NCBI GenBank assembly: GCA_002708995.1
Contig: PAPT01000042.1
Location: 24,039 to 88,038 of the forward strand
Direction: 5' to 3'
DNA length: 64,000 nt
From: Geminicoccus sp.
Lineage (GTDB): Bacteria > Pseudomonadota > Alphaproteobacteria > UBA7985
Every line of letters starts with the position of its first letter. Positions within the stretch are counted from its first letter, which is position 1. Below the pieces are notes generated by a model. It did not search any database. It had not been told where the DNA came from and saw nothing but the letters and a program-made list of their open reading frames with translations. This document shows positions 46,540 to 55,834 of the stretch, piece by piece. The position numbers and the translations under genes are program-made.

Positions 46540-49341
46540 TCAGGTGTAGGCAGCCGCGGTCGCAGCTGCGCGGTCAACGCGTACGGCGGAGAACTTGAAT
46601 TCGGGGATCTTACCGTAGGGATCGAGCGCGGAGTTAGTCAGGATATTCGCGGCCGCTTCGACATAGGCAAAGGGCAGGAACACCTGATCGGGGGAGACGG
46701 CGCGGTCTTCGCGCACCATGACCTCGATGGTGCCGCGGCGAGTGCTGAGCGCGGCCATATCACCCGGTGCCAGCCCCAGCTTGCGCAGGGTGCTCGGGTG
46801 CATGGAGCAGTTCGCCTCCGGCTCGATCGCGTCGAGCACTGTCGCCCGCCGGGTCATGGAGCCGGTGTGCCAGTGTTCGAGCTGCCGCCCGGTGATCAGG
46901 ATCATCGGGAAGTCGGTGTCGGGGACTTCATCGGGTGCGACCAGATTGGCGGGGGTAAAGCGCGCGCGGCCTTCGGCGCGGGGGAAACCGTCGCTGAAAA
47001 CGATCGGCTGGCCGGGGTCTTCCTCGCTCAGGGAGGGGTAGGTCACCGCGTTCTGGTCTTCCAGCCGCTCCCACGTGATGTTGTCCAGCGACTTCATCCC
47101 GCGCTTCATCTCGGCAAAGACTTCGCTGGGGTGACTGTAGGACCAGTCCAGCCCGAGGCGCTTGGCCAGTTCGACCGTGATCGCCCAGTCTTCGCGGGCC
47201 TCACCGGGGGCAGGGACGGCGGGGCGGCCCATCTGCACCTGGCGGTTGGTGTTGGTGACGGTCCCGGATTTCTCGGGCCAGGCCGCCGCAGGCAGGATCA
47301 CGTCCGCGTAGTTCGCGGTTTCCGTGACGAAGATATCCTGCACCACCAGGTGCTCGAGCTTGGCCAGCGCTTCGCGGGCGTGGTCAACGTCAGGGTCGGA
47401 CATGGCCGGGTTTTCGCCGAGGATATACATGCCCTTGATCCGGTCTTCGTGGACCGCGTCCATGATCTCGACCACGGTCAGGCCGCGCTTGTCGGCGAAG
47501 TCGTGCTCGTCGTCCCAGATTTCGCGGAAGGCCGAGCGCACGCCGTCGTCCTCCACCGACTGGTAGTCGGGCAGGAACATCGGGATAAGGCCGGCGTCGG
47601 AGGCGCCCTGAACGTTGTTCTGGCCGCGCAGCGGGTGCAGGCCCGAGCCCGGACGGCCGACGTGGCCGCACATGAGCGCCAGCGAGATCAGGCAGCGCGA
47701 ATTGTCGGTGCCGTGGATGTGCTGGGAGATACCCATGCCCCAGAAGATCATGCCCGCCTTGGCGGTGGCGAAGTCCCGCGCGACGGCGCGCAGGGCGTCG
47801 GCCTCGATGCCGCAGATCGGCGCCATCTTCTCGGGCGTGAAATCCGCCAGATGGGCCTTCATCGTCGGCCAGTTCTCGGTGTAGCCGTCGATATACTGCT
47901 GGTCGTAGAGGTCTTCTTCCACGATCACGTTCATGATCGCATTCAGCATGGCAACGTCGGTGCCGGGCTTGAACTGCAGCGAATGGGTCGCGTGCCGCTT
48001 CAGCCCCATCCCGCGCGGATCCATGAGGATCAGCTTGCCGCCGCGCTTGGCGAACTGCTTGAAGTAGGTAGCGGCGACCGGGTGATTCTCGATCGGGTTG
48101 GCGCCGATGACGATGGCCACGTCGGCGTTTTCAATCTCGTTGAAGGTCGCGGTTACCGCGCCCGAACCGACATTTTCCATCAGCGCCGCGACCGAAGACG
48201 CGTGGCATAGCCGGGTACAGTGGTCGACGTTGTTGTGGCCGAAGCCCTGCCGGATCAGCTTCTGGAACAGGTAGGCTTCTTCGTTCGAGCACTTGGCCGA
48301 ACCGAAACCAGCGACGCTCTGCCCGCCCTCGGCATCGCGCAGCGCAGCAAGACCAACGGCGGCGAACTCCAGCGCCTCTTCCCAGCTCGCCGGGCGGAAG
48401 TGGGCATCGAGGTTGGCCGGATCGACGTTGAGCCCCTTGGCCGGTGCATCCTTGCGCCGGATCAGCGGCGTGGTCAGCCGGTGTTCGTGGTCGATGTAGT
48501 CGAAGCCAAAGCGCCCTTTGACGCACAGCCTCTGCTCGTTGGCCGGACCGTCGACACCGTCGACCCAGGCAATCTTGTCGTCCTTGATCTTGAACGAGAG
48601 CTGGCAGCCGACCCCGCAGTAGGGGCAGACCGACTTGACCTCGCGGTCATAATCCTTGCTGTCGCCGATTTCATCCGCGCCGACCGCCTTGGCGGGCATG
48701 AGCGCACCGGTGGGGCAGGCCTGAACACACTCACCGCAGGCTACACAGGTCGAGGCACCCATGGGGTCGTCGAAGTCGAAGGTGATCTTGCTGTCGTGGC
48801 CCCGACCGGACAGGCCGATGACGTCGTTGACCTGCACTTCGCGGCAGGCACGGACACAGAGGTTGCACTGAATGCAGGCGTCGAGGTTGACGCGCATGGC
48901 GACGTGGCTGTTGTCGAGCAGCGGGACCCGCGCTTCCTCAAGCGCTGGGAAGCGGCTTTCTTCGATCCCCTGAGCTTCGGCCATGTCCCACAGATGCGAG
49001 GACTTGTCGTGGGCGACGTCGCGCTCGGGCTGGTCGGCCACCAGCAGCTCCATGACCATCTTGCGGGCCTTGTCGGCGCGCTCGGAGGCAGCGCGGACCA
49101 CCATGCCTTCGCTGGGTTCACGGATGCAGGACGCGGCCAGCGTGCGCTCGCCGTCGATCTCAACCATGCAGGCGCGGCAGTTGCCGTCGGCGCGGTAGCC
49201 CGGCTCGTCGGCGTAGCACAGGTGCGGGATAGTCGCGCCTTCGCGCTTGGCCACCTGCCAGATGGTTTCGCCGGGCATGGCGGTGACATCCTTGCCATCG
49301 AGGGAGAAGGTGATGGTTTCGACCGGGTTTCCGTCGGGCAT
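46540..49341 (-). CDS. fdhF: Formate dehydrogenase alpha subunit (Mo/W-bisPGD, Cys ligand)
   Basis: N-terminal 2Fe-2S and 4Fe-4S motifs, CPYCGVGC, DHCTRLCH, PLRGQNNVQG. Confidence 0.94.
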   Translation of the reverse strand: MPDGNPVETITFSLDGKDVTAMPGETIWQVAKREGATIPHLCYADEPGYRADGNCRACMVEIDGERTLAASCIREPSEGMVVRAASERADKARKMVMELLVADQPERDVAHDKSSHLWDMAEAQGIEESRFPALEEARVPLLDNSHVAMRVNLDACIQCNLCVRACREVQVNDVIGLSGRGHDSKITFDFDDPMGASTCVACGECVQACPTGALMPAKAVGADEIGDSKDYDREVKSVCPYCGVGCQLSFKIKDDKIAWVDGVDGPANEQRLCVKGRFGFDYIDHEHRLTTPLIRRKDAPAKGLNVDPANLDAHFRPASWEEALEFAAVGLAALRDAEGGQSVAGFGSAKCSNEEAYLFQKLIRQGFGHNNVDHCTRLCHASSVAALMENVGSGAVTATFNEIENADVAIVIGANPIENHPVAATYFKQFAKRGGKLILMDPRGMGLKRHATHSLQFKPGTDVAMLNAIMNVIVEEDLYDQQYIDGYTENWPTMKAHLADFTPEKMAPICGIEADALRAVARDFATAKAGMIFWGMGISQHIHGTDNSRCLISLALMCGHVGRPGSGLHPLRGQNNVQGASDAGLIPMFLPDYQSVEDDGVRSAFREIWDDEHDFADKRGLTVVEIMDAVHEDRIKGMYILGENPAMSDPDVDHAREALAKLEHLVVQDIFVTETANYADVILPAAAWPEKSGTVTNTNRQVQMGRPAVPAPGEAREDWAITVELAKRLGLDWSYSHPSEVFAEMKRGMKSLDNITWERLEDQNAVTYPSLSEEDPGQPIVFSDGFPRAEGRARFTPANLVAPDEVPDTDFPMILITGRQLEHWHTGSMTRRATVLDAIEPEANCSMHPSTLRKLGLAPGDMAALSTRRGTIEVMVREDRAVSPDQVFLPFAYVEAAANILTNSALDPYGKIPEFKFSAVRVDRAAATAAAYT

Positions 49342-49345
49342 GGCC

Positions 49346-51037
49346 TCAGACCTCGTCAGCGAAGTGTTTGATGGTCAGGCGGATGGGGTTCGGCGCGGCC
49401 TGCCCCAGCCCGCAGATCGACGCGTCGACCATAGCCTGTGACAGGTCTTCGAGCAGGTCCTGATCCCAGCTTTCCCGCTCCATCAGCTTGACGGCCTTCT
49501 CGCAACCAACGCGGCAGGGCGTGCACTGCCCGCAGCTTTCGTCCTCGAAGAAGCGGAGCATGTTCAACGCGGCTTCCTTGGCGCTGTCCTGATCCGACAG
49601 GATCACGATCGCGGCCGAACCGATGAAGCTGCCGTGGGGCTGCAAGGTGTCGAAATCCATAGGCACGTCGCAGATGCTGGCCGGCAGCAGACCCGCGGAC
49701 GGGCCGCCGGGCTGGTAAGCCTTGAAGCTGTGGCCATCGAGCATGCCGCCCGCTGCTTCGATCAGGTCGAGAATGGTCGACCCGGCCGGCAGCAGCTTGA
49801 CGCCTGGCTCTTTGACCCGGCCAGAAACCGAGTACGAGCGCAGGCCCTTGCGGCCGTTCTTCTCGACGCTGTTGAGCACTTCCGGGCCCTCGCGCATCAC
49901 GCGCGCGGCCCAGTGCAGGGTCTCGACGTTGTGGACCAGCGTCGGGCGGCCGAAAACGCCCACCTGCGCCACGAAGGGCGGACGATGGCGGGGCAGGCCG
50001 CGCTTGCCTTCGATCGACTCAATCATCGCGGACTCTTCTCCGCAGATGTAGGCGCCGGCACCCCGGCGCAGATCGATATAGCCCGGCTCAACCAGCCCGG
50101 CGTCTTCGAGCGCTTTGATTTCGTTGGCGAGGATTTCCAACACCGCCGGGTATTCGTCGCGCATGTAAATGAAAGCGGTTTTCGCTTCCACCGCCCAAGC
50201 GGCGATCAGCATGCCCTCGAGGAACAGGTGCGGGGTGCGTTCGAGGTAGTAGCGATCCTTGAAGGTTCCCGGTTCGCCCTCATCCCCGTTGACGGCGAGG
50301 TAGCGCGGCCCGGCTTCGGCGCGGACGAAGGACCACTTGCGACCCGAGGGGAAGCCGGCGCCGCCCAGCCCGCGCAAGCCAGATTCCAGCACACGGTCCT
50401 GCACAGCCTCAGGGTCCATCGACCCACCGCGCAGGGCGAGCAGCTGCGCGTAGCCACCATCGGCGCAGTATGCGTCGAGGCGCTGGTAGTCGGGCATGCG
50501 ATGATGGGTGTCGCCTGCGGCGACGGCCGCCTTCACTCTCTCGGGCGTGGCGTGGTCGATATGATTGTGGCCCAGCTCGCAGGTCGGCGCGGTATCGCAG
50601 CGCCCCATGCAGGGCGCGCGCACGACCCGCACCTCATCCGGCGAGAGCTCGCCTTCCAGCGCGGTCTTGAGCGCCTGCGCACCGGCGAGTTCACAGGCCA
50701 GACTGTCACAGACGCGAACGGTCAGCGCGGGCGGCGGGGTTTCGTCTTCGCGGACGACGTCGAAGTGCGCGTAGAAGGTCGCGACCTCGTAGACTTCAGC
50801 CTGAGACAGGCGCATTTCCTCGGCCAGCGCGCGCAGATGGCGGGCGGAGAGGTGGCCAAAGTGGTCCTGCAGCAGGTGCAGGTGCTCGATCAGCAGATCG
50901 CCGCGACGGGGCCGCGATCCGAGCAGCCCGCGTACGCCCTCGAGGGAAGCGTCATCGACCTGGCGACCCTTGGGCGTCCGGCGGCCCTTGCCTTTGCCGG
51001 ATTTCCATACGCCGTCGGGCTGATCAAAAGGAGCCAT
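49346..51037 (-). CDS. NAD-linked formate dehydrogenase diaphorase subunit (NuoE-like + NuoF-like fusion)
   Basis: EVATFY, CDSLAC, PCMGRC (NuoE-like); GLRGLGGAGFP, DEGEPGTFKDR, GAGAYICGEE, ESCGQCTPCR (NuoF-like). Confidence 0.92.
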   Translation of the reverse strand: MAPFDQPDGVWKSGKGKGRRTPKGRQVDDASLEGVRGLLGSRPRRGDLLIEHLHLLQDHFGHLSARHLRALAEEMRLSQAEVYEVATFYAHFDVVREDETPPPALTVRVCDSLACELAGAQALKTALEGELSPDEVRVVRAPCMGRCDTAPTCELGHNHIDHATPERVKAAVAAGDTHHRMPDYQRLDAYCADGGYAQLLALRGGSMDPEAVQDRVLESGLRGLGGAGFPSGRKWSFVRAEAGPRYLAVNGDEGEPGTFKDRYYLERTPHLFLEGMLIAAWAVEAKTAFIYMRDEYPAVLEILANEIKALEDAGLVEPGYIDLRRGAGAYICGEESAMIESIEGKRGLPRHRPPFVAQVGVFGRPTLVHNVETLHWAARVMREGPEVLNSVEKNGRKGLRSYSVSGRVKEPGVKLLPAGSTILDLIEAAGGMLDGHSFKAYQPGGPSAGLLPASICDVPMDFDTLQPHGSFIGSAAIVILSDQDSAKEAALNMLRFFEDESCGQCTPCRVGCEKAVKLMERESWDQDLLEDLSQAMVDASICGLGQAAPNPIRLTIKHFADEV

Positions 51038-51218
51038 GATGTCTTTCCTCGGGGGATTTTCGGCCGGAGGCTACTCCCTGCGCCCGGCTGTGAGCAGTCA
51101 GAAAGCAGACACTAAATTGCACAATTGAGACCTTTTAGGGAGCCCGGTGTCTGGCTCCATTGTACAAGGGTGATTTGAGCGCAACGGTCACGCCGGTCTC
51201 CACTTACTTCGCAGTGCA

Positions 51219-51256
51219 GAAAAAGGGGGCCGCACCTGGTCTCGGCACGGCCCCTC
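51219..51256 (-). terminator. Intrinsic terminator for the small membrane-protein gene
   Basis: Minus strand GAGGGGCCGTGCC...GGTGCGGCCCCCTTTTT. Confidence 0.7.
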
Positions 51257-51280
51257 GATCGACTTCGATCGTGCGGGCAA

Positions 51281-51649
51281 TCAGGCCATGTACATGGACC
51301 ATAACTGTGCGAGCAGAGCCGCAGCGAAACCAACCGTGATGATGACCCGGTAGAAGATCCACGGCGCATTCAGCCAGTTCTGGTAACGATGCGACTTCTG
51401 TTCTTCTTCGGACAGGTCCTGAAGCACGGATCTGGCATCATCCATGGTCGCGTCGAGGCCAATGATCGCCAGCACGTTCATGAACACGATCACCGCGGTC
51501 AAGGGCACGTAGATCGCTAGGCCGCCGCTGCTGAACGCGATGGTCGCCACGGTGATGACGTTCACGACGAACGCCAGTCCCATGAAGTAGTTGAGGTTCC
51601 AGCCGACGTCGCTGAATGCGGCCTGATTGTCGATTTTGGGGGTAGCCAT
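51281..51649 (-). CDS. Hypothetical small membrane protein (3 TM)
   Basis: GGGAG RBS, own terminator, coding-like codon bias. Confidence 0.8.
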   Translation of the reverse strand: MATPKIDNQAAFSDVGWNLNYFMGLAFVVNVITVATIAFSSGGLAIYVPLTAVIVFMNVLAIIGLDATMDDARSVLQDLSEEEQKSHRYQNWLNAPWIFYRVIITVGFAAALLAQLWSMYMA

Positions 51650-51948
51650 GGTTCATCTCCCTGATTTGAGTGGTGTAAAGACGCATAAACGACCGAAAGG
51701 TCGGTTTCCAGATGCATTTCGAGATTTGAATATTTGAAAGTCATTATATTCCGCTCACGTCAAAACGAGATAGATGCACCGAAACCCCCTTGGTCTCGGA
51801 CCGGCTCTGGCGGACTTCAGTGGTCGAAGCGGGCTTAGGCGCTTTCATAGCCGATGAAATTCAAACTGTAGTCTATCGACGTGCGTCGGCCATCGTTCGC
51901 CGTTTTTCGGCAACGGCCGATGCCCATCAAACCCATGGAGGCTGCGCC

Positions 51949-52398
51949 GTGACCCTCATCATCGTTCTGAAATTCATCCATTTCTTCTCGCTTTTGCTGG
52001 CGAGTGGGATTGCAATCGGCAGCGTGGTGATCCAGCGTGCGCACCTGGCGGCCGGGGCACCGCCATCCCCGCCGACAGCCCGGGCCATGCGCAACCTCGG
52101 CCGGCTCGGTCTGCTGGGCATTAGTCTGCTGTGGGTCACTGGCGGTTTGATGCTCAACCAGATCTACGGCGGTTTCATCGTCCACGCGGCGTGGTGGGGT
52201 AACTTTGCCTTCTACGGCAAGCTGCTCGGGGCCAGCCTGATCCTGGTGCTGTCCGTGGTCATGAACCTGCACGTGGCCCGGGCCAGCGCTGCCTGGCGCC
52301 CGCCCAACGCGCAGTTGATGAGCTCGGCCACCATCCTGGGACGCATCGGTCTGTTTCTGGCACTCGCCGGGACGGCGATTGCCTTCACCGGGGCCTGA
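51949..52398 (+). CDS. Hypothetical 4-TM membrane protein (CopD/DUF2269-like)
   Basis: GGAGG RBS before GTG 51949; KFIHFFS, LLWVTG, FYGKL pattern. Confidence 0.75.
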   Translation: MTLIIVLKFIHFFSLLLASGIAIGSVVIQRAHLAAGAPPSPPTARAMRNLGRLGLLGISLLWVTGGLMLNQIYGGFIVHAAWWGNFAFYGKLLGASLILVLSVVMNLHVARASAAWRPPNAQLMSSATILGRIGLFLALAGTAIAFTGA

Positions 52399-52444
52399 TC
52401 GCCAGTCAGCGGGCAGCAGCAGCGGAACAGCAAGACCCAGAAAC

Positions 52445-52479
52445 AAAAGAAAGGGCTGGCGCTAAGCCAGCCCTTCTTT
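52445..52479. terminator. Bidirectional intrinsic terminator
   Basis: AAAAGAAAGGGCTGGC-gctaa-GCCAGCCCTTCTTT between convergent genes. Confidence 0.85.
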
Positions 52480-52515
52480 GCTGATCAGTGGGTCTTGGGA
52501 GTGGGCGGGCAGAGC

Positions 52516-53142
52516 CTACATCGCTGGCCCAACCATAGATGCACCGACCAGCGCCCCGAGTGCCCCGGCATCAGCGACCGATTGCTGCCAGTCGGGCGAG
52601 GCCGACATTCCGTCCATGGCCTTACCGGCGTCAGAGAGCGAAGCGGCCTGATAGTTCACGGTCATCATCAGTGGGGCACCAAAGGCAGACACCGACATGT
52701 TGACCCCGATGTTGTAGGGCTTGGCCATCGCCTGCACGCTCGGCAGCATGTCCAGCGCCTTCTGCACGTTCTTGGCTGGGACTATATAGAAACGGTGATT
52801 GGTGAAGGGATACTTCTCCGGATCCGCTGCCCCGATGTTGCGCCAGACGCGCATGCCGTCGGTAAACTCCGATGCCGGCATGCTGGCGATTTCCCCCTGC
52901 AGCGCCATGAAGGCCGGATCAGCCATGGTCGCGCCCATGTTGGTCAGGTGTTTTTCGTAGTTCTCAGACCCGGCGTACATGACCAGTGAGCCGAAGTCAC
53001 GGCCGTAGAGCACCCGGCCGATATTCACCGTCAGGCCGTGTTCGCGCATGATCGCCGCTGCGCGCCCCATCCGGCCCATCGAAATCATCGCGCCGCCCGG
53101 GTTTGGTCGAGCGACGACTGTTGAAACAACATTCCAAGACAT
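52516..53142 (-). CDS. Hypothetical protein, possibly two tandem NIPSNAP/dimeric alpha-beta barrel-like domains
   Basis: Strong GAGGAG RBS; two similar halves (TMADPAFMAL / MSASPDWQQS). Confidence 0.75.
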   Translation of the reverse strand: MSWNVVSTVVARPNPGGAMISMGRMGRAAAIMREHGLTVNIGRVLYGRDFGSLVMYAGSENYEKHLTNMGATMADPAFMALQGEIASMPASEFTDGMRVWRNIGAADPEKYPFTNHRFYIVPAKNVQKALDMLPSVQAMAKPYNIGVNMSVSAFGAPLMMTVNYQAASLSDAGKAMDGMSASPDWQQSVADAGALGALVGASMVGPAM

Positions 53143-53157
53143 GATGTTCTCCTCTCC

Positions 53158-53173
53158 ATTTGAACATTCAAAT
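53158..53173. promoter_or_regulatory. Palindromic operator-like site
   Basis: ATTTGAA-CA-TTCAAAT immediately upstream of the RBS of the 52516..53142 gene. Confidence 0.55.
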
Positions 53174-53561
53174 ACTACGATATGCTAATAGAAATCGACG
53201 AACTTGAAAGCCTTGAGGTTCGAATTTCTTGGATTCTGGGGCGATTATTCTGCACAAATTCACAGAAATCTTGAATGAAACGGCGGAAATAATATCAATT
53301 CGATATTTTTATTCCAAAATGATGGGTGCCAAGCGGGATGAGAACGGGCGGACACTCAATGTTGCCGATCGTAGCCTCATCCATCATCCGCTTCGACATC
53401 CTCCAGGTCATGCAGGTCAGCCTGCCATGGCCAGGCGACGCCAGCGCGTTCGGGCGTCCGCGTTGGCCTTCGCCTGGATCGGGTATGCCAGTTGAAACCG
53501 CAGACAACTAATGCTGCACTGAGTCCGTGCAACAGAACGGTTTCAGGGGGAACATCACATC

Positions 53562-54065
53562 ATGAGCGATCAGCACATCCGTGAAGCGCAGGAGCAGGTG
53601 ATTTCGGCAATCAAGGCCGATCCGGCCGCAGCCCTTGGCACCACCGCCGCCAAGGCTGTGGTCGGTGACGGGCTGGCCTGCGAGGTCTCCGACGGTCAGC
53701 GCAGCATCATCGTCGACATGCCGCCGAGCATGGGCGGGCAGGCCAGCGGCCCGACACCCGGCTTTCACGCACGTGCCGCCGTCGCCTCCTGCGTGGCCAT
53801 CGGCATCAAGCTGACAGCGACCCGCGCCGGTATCGCGCTGGAGCAGGTCGAGGTCGATATCGAGATGGACTTCGACGATGGCGCCTCGCTCGGTCTGGGC
53901 AGCAACACCGCAGCCCCGATGCAGACCCGGCTCAATATTTCACTGAAAAGCGACGCGCCCGCTGACGAACTCAACGCCATGGTCGACCGGGCGCTGGAGG
54001 CGGATCCCTTCTTCCTCGCCCTACGCGATCCGCAGGCCGTGGTGACCAAAATCGAGAAAGCCTGA
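53562..54065 (+). CDS. OsmC-like family protein
   Basis: VDMPPSMGG..GPTPG..AAVASC; only one of the usual Cys pair is evident. Confidence 0.85.
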   Translation: MSDQHIREAQEQVISAIKADPAAALGTTAAKAVVGDGLACEVSDGQRSIIVDMPPSMGGQASGPTPGFHARAAVASCVAIGIKLTATRAGIALEQVEVDIEMDFDDGASLGLGSNTAAPMQTRLNISLKSDAPADELNAMVDRALEADPFFLALRDPQAVVTKIEKA

Positions 54066-54158
54066 CACACGACGCCTGAGCGTCAGGTGGGGCGAACAGC
54101 CTAGCTTGCGACAACGCGGCGGGTCGGAAAATCTGCCGGATCGCCTACTTCTGTACGC

Positions 54159-55721
54159 ATGAAGCGTGATCAAACCCTCGAGGTCGTCTGGTTCAAGCGT
54201 GATCTGCGGGTCGAAGACCACCGGCCGCTGGCGCAGGCGCAGGCGGCTGCTGAGGGCGCCGGGCAGGGGGCCGTGCTGCCGCTCTACATTGCCGAGCCCG
54301 AGTTCTGGCAGTTGCCCGATGCCTCGGCGCGGCACTGGGCCTTTGTCGCCGAAGGTCTGGAGAGCCTTCACGCCGCGCTCGGTGCGCGTGGGCAGGGGCT
54401 GTGCCTGCGCACCGGCGATGCAGTGGCGGTGCTCGAAGCCCTGAGGCAGGCTTTCCCAAAAATGCGGCTGTGGAGCCACGAAGAAACCGGCAACGCCTGG
54501 ACCTTCGCCCGGGACCGTCGGGTCGCCGCCTGGGCCAGCACGCACGGCATCGAGTGGCGCGAGATACAGCCCTCGGGCGTTATCCGGGTGCTGGAGCGGC
54601 GCGAAGGCTGGGCGCGACGCTGGGACCGGCTGATGGCTGAGCCGGTCACGCCTCCGCCGAAGGTGCTCCGGCCGGTGCCAAATATCCCGCTGGGATCGGT
54701 GCCGGATGCTGCAGCGCTGGGGTTGCTGCCTGATCTTTGCCCAGAACGCCAGCCCGGCGGCCGCGACGCGGCGCTTGAGCGCCTGAATTCCTTCCTGCAC
54801 CAGCGCGGGCAGAGCTATCGCCGTGCCATGTCCGGCCCGGCAGCCGGCGCCGCGCACTGCTCGCGCCTCTCACCACACCTCACCTGGGGTACGATTTCCA
54901 TGCGGGAGGTGACGCAGGCTGGACTGCGCCGCAGTGCCGAGGTCAAAACCGCCGGGCGTCGGGACGGCTGGACCGGATCGCTGTCGTCGTTTCAGGCGCG
55001 GCTGCACTGGCGCGACCACTTCACCCAGAAACTCGAAGACCAGCCGCGCATCGAATTCCGCAATTTCCATCCCGCCTACGATGGCCTGCGCCCGACCGAG
55101 CCCGATGCGGCGCGGCTGGCCGCCTGGTCCACGGGGGAAACCGGGCTTCCCTTCGTCGACGCCTGCATGCGCTCGCTCAATGCCACCGGCTGGATGAACT
55201 TCCGCATGCGGGCGATGCTGATGGCGGTGGCGAGCTATCACCTCTGGCTGGACTGGCGGACGCCGGGTGAACACCTTGCGCGGCAATTCACCGACTATGA
55301 GCCGGGCATTCACTGGCCGCAGGTGCAGATGCAGTCCGGCACCACCGGGATCAACACTGTCCGCATCTATAACCCGGTCAAGCAGGGCCACGATCAGGAC
55401 CCCGACGGCGCCTTTGTCCGCCGCTGGGTGCCGGAACTGCAGGGCGTGCCGGATGCCTTCATCCATGAGCCATGGCGATGGGAGCAGGCAGGCAGCCTGC
55501 TCGACCGGGCTTATCCCGCGCCGATCGTGGATCATCTGGCCGCCGCAAAGGCTGCGCGCCAGCGGATCTGGTCGGTGCGGGGGCAGGCGGGGTTCCGCAG
55601 CGAAGCACAGGCCATTCAGGACCGCCACGGCAGCCGCAAATCCGGCGTAACCGGGCCGCGACGGCGCGCCCGCAAGACCGACGCCAAGCCCTCGCCTCAG
55701 CTCGACCTGCCGCTGACCTGA
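54159..55721 (+). CDS. DNA photolyase/cryptochrome family flavoprotein
   Basis: VVWFKRDLRVEDH, CSRLSPHL, LHWRDHF, TGLPFVDACMR, GWMNFRMRAM, RIYNPVKQ..DPDG. Confidence 0.93.
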   Translation: MKRDQTLEVVWFKRDLRVEDHRPLAQAQAAAEGAGQGAVLPLYIAEPEFWQLPDASARHWAFVAEGLESLHAALGARGQGLCLRTGDAVAVLEALRQAFPKMRLWSHEETGNAWTFARDRRVAAWASTHGIEWREIQPSGVIRVLERREGWARRWDRLMAEPVTPPPKVLRPVPNIPLGSVPDAAALGLLPDLCPERQPGGRDAALERLNSFLHQRGQSYRRAMSGPAAGAAHCSRLSPHLTWGTISMREVTQAGLRRSAEVKTAGRRDGWTGSLSSFQARLHWRDHFTQKLEDQPRIEFRNFHPAYDGLRPTEPDAARLAAWSTGETGLPFVDACMRSLNATGWMNFRMRAMLMAVASYHLWLDWRTPGEHLARQFTDYEPGIHWPQVQMQSGTTGINTVRIYNPVKQGHDQDPDGAFVRRWVPELQGVPDAFIHEPWRWEQAGSLLDRAYPAPIVDHLAAAKAARQRIWSVRGQAGFRSEAQAIQDRHGSRKSGVTGPRRRARKTDAKPSPQLDLPLT

Positions 55722-55834
55722 GCGGCTCTATAGAGCCAGCCAATGGCAGCATGGGAAAATCGGATTTTACATCCGCGACCCGGCGGGACAGTCTGAGGCT
55801 CCAGCATCCGTCTTTCTCTGCGTTGGTCGTGGTC

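Noticed and set aside
46492-48210. Long antisense ORFs (also 19466-20845, 21352-22866, 24190-25470, 45251-46498, 49634-51115, 61602-63245)
   Set aside because: They are shadows of well-supported genes on the opposite strand, expected with high-GC codon bias, and show no protein motifs.
53417-53491. Minus-strand peptide LAYPIQAKANADARTRWRRLAMAG* as a remnant of a regulator C-terminus
   Set aside because: Too short to support without a search.
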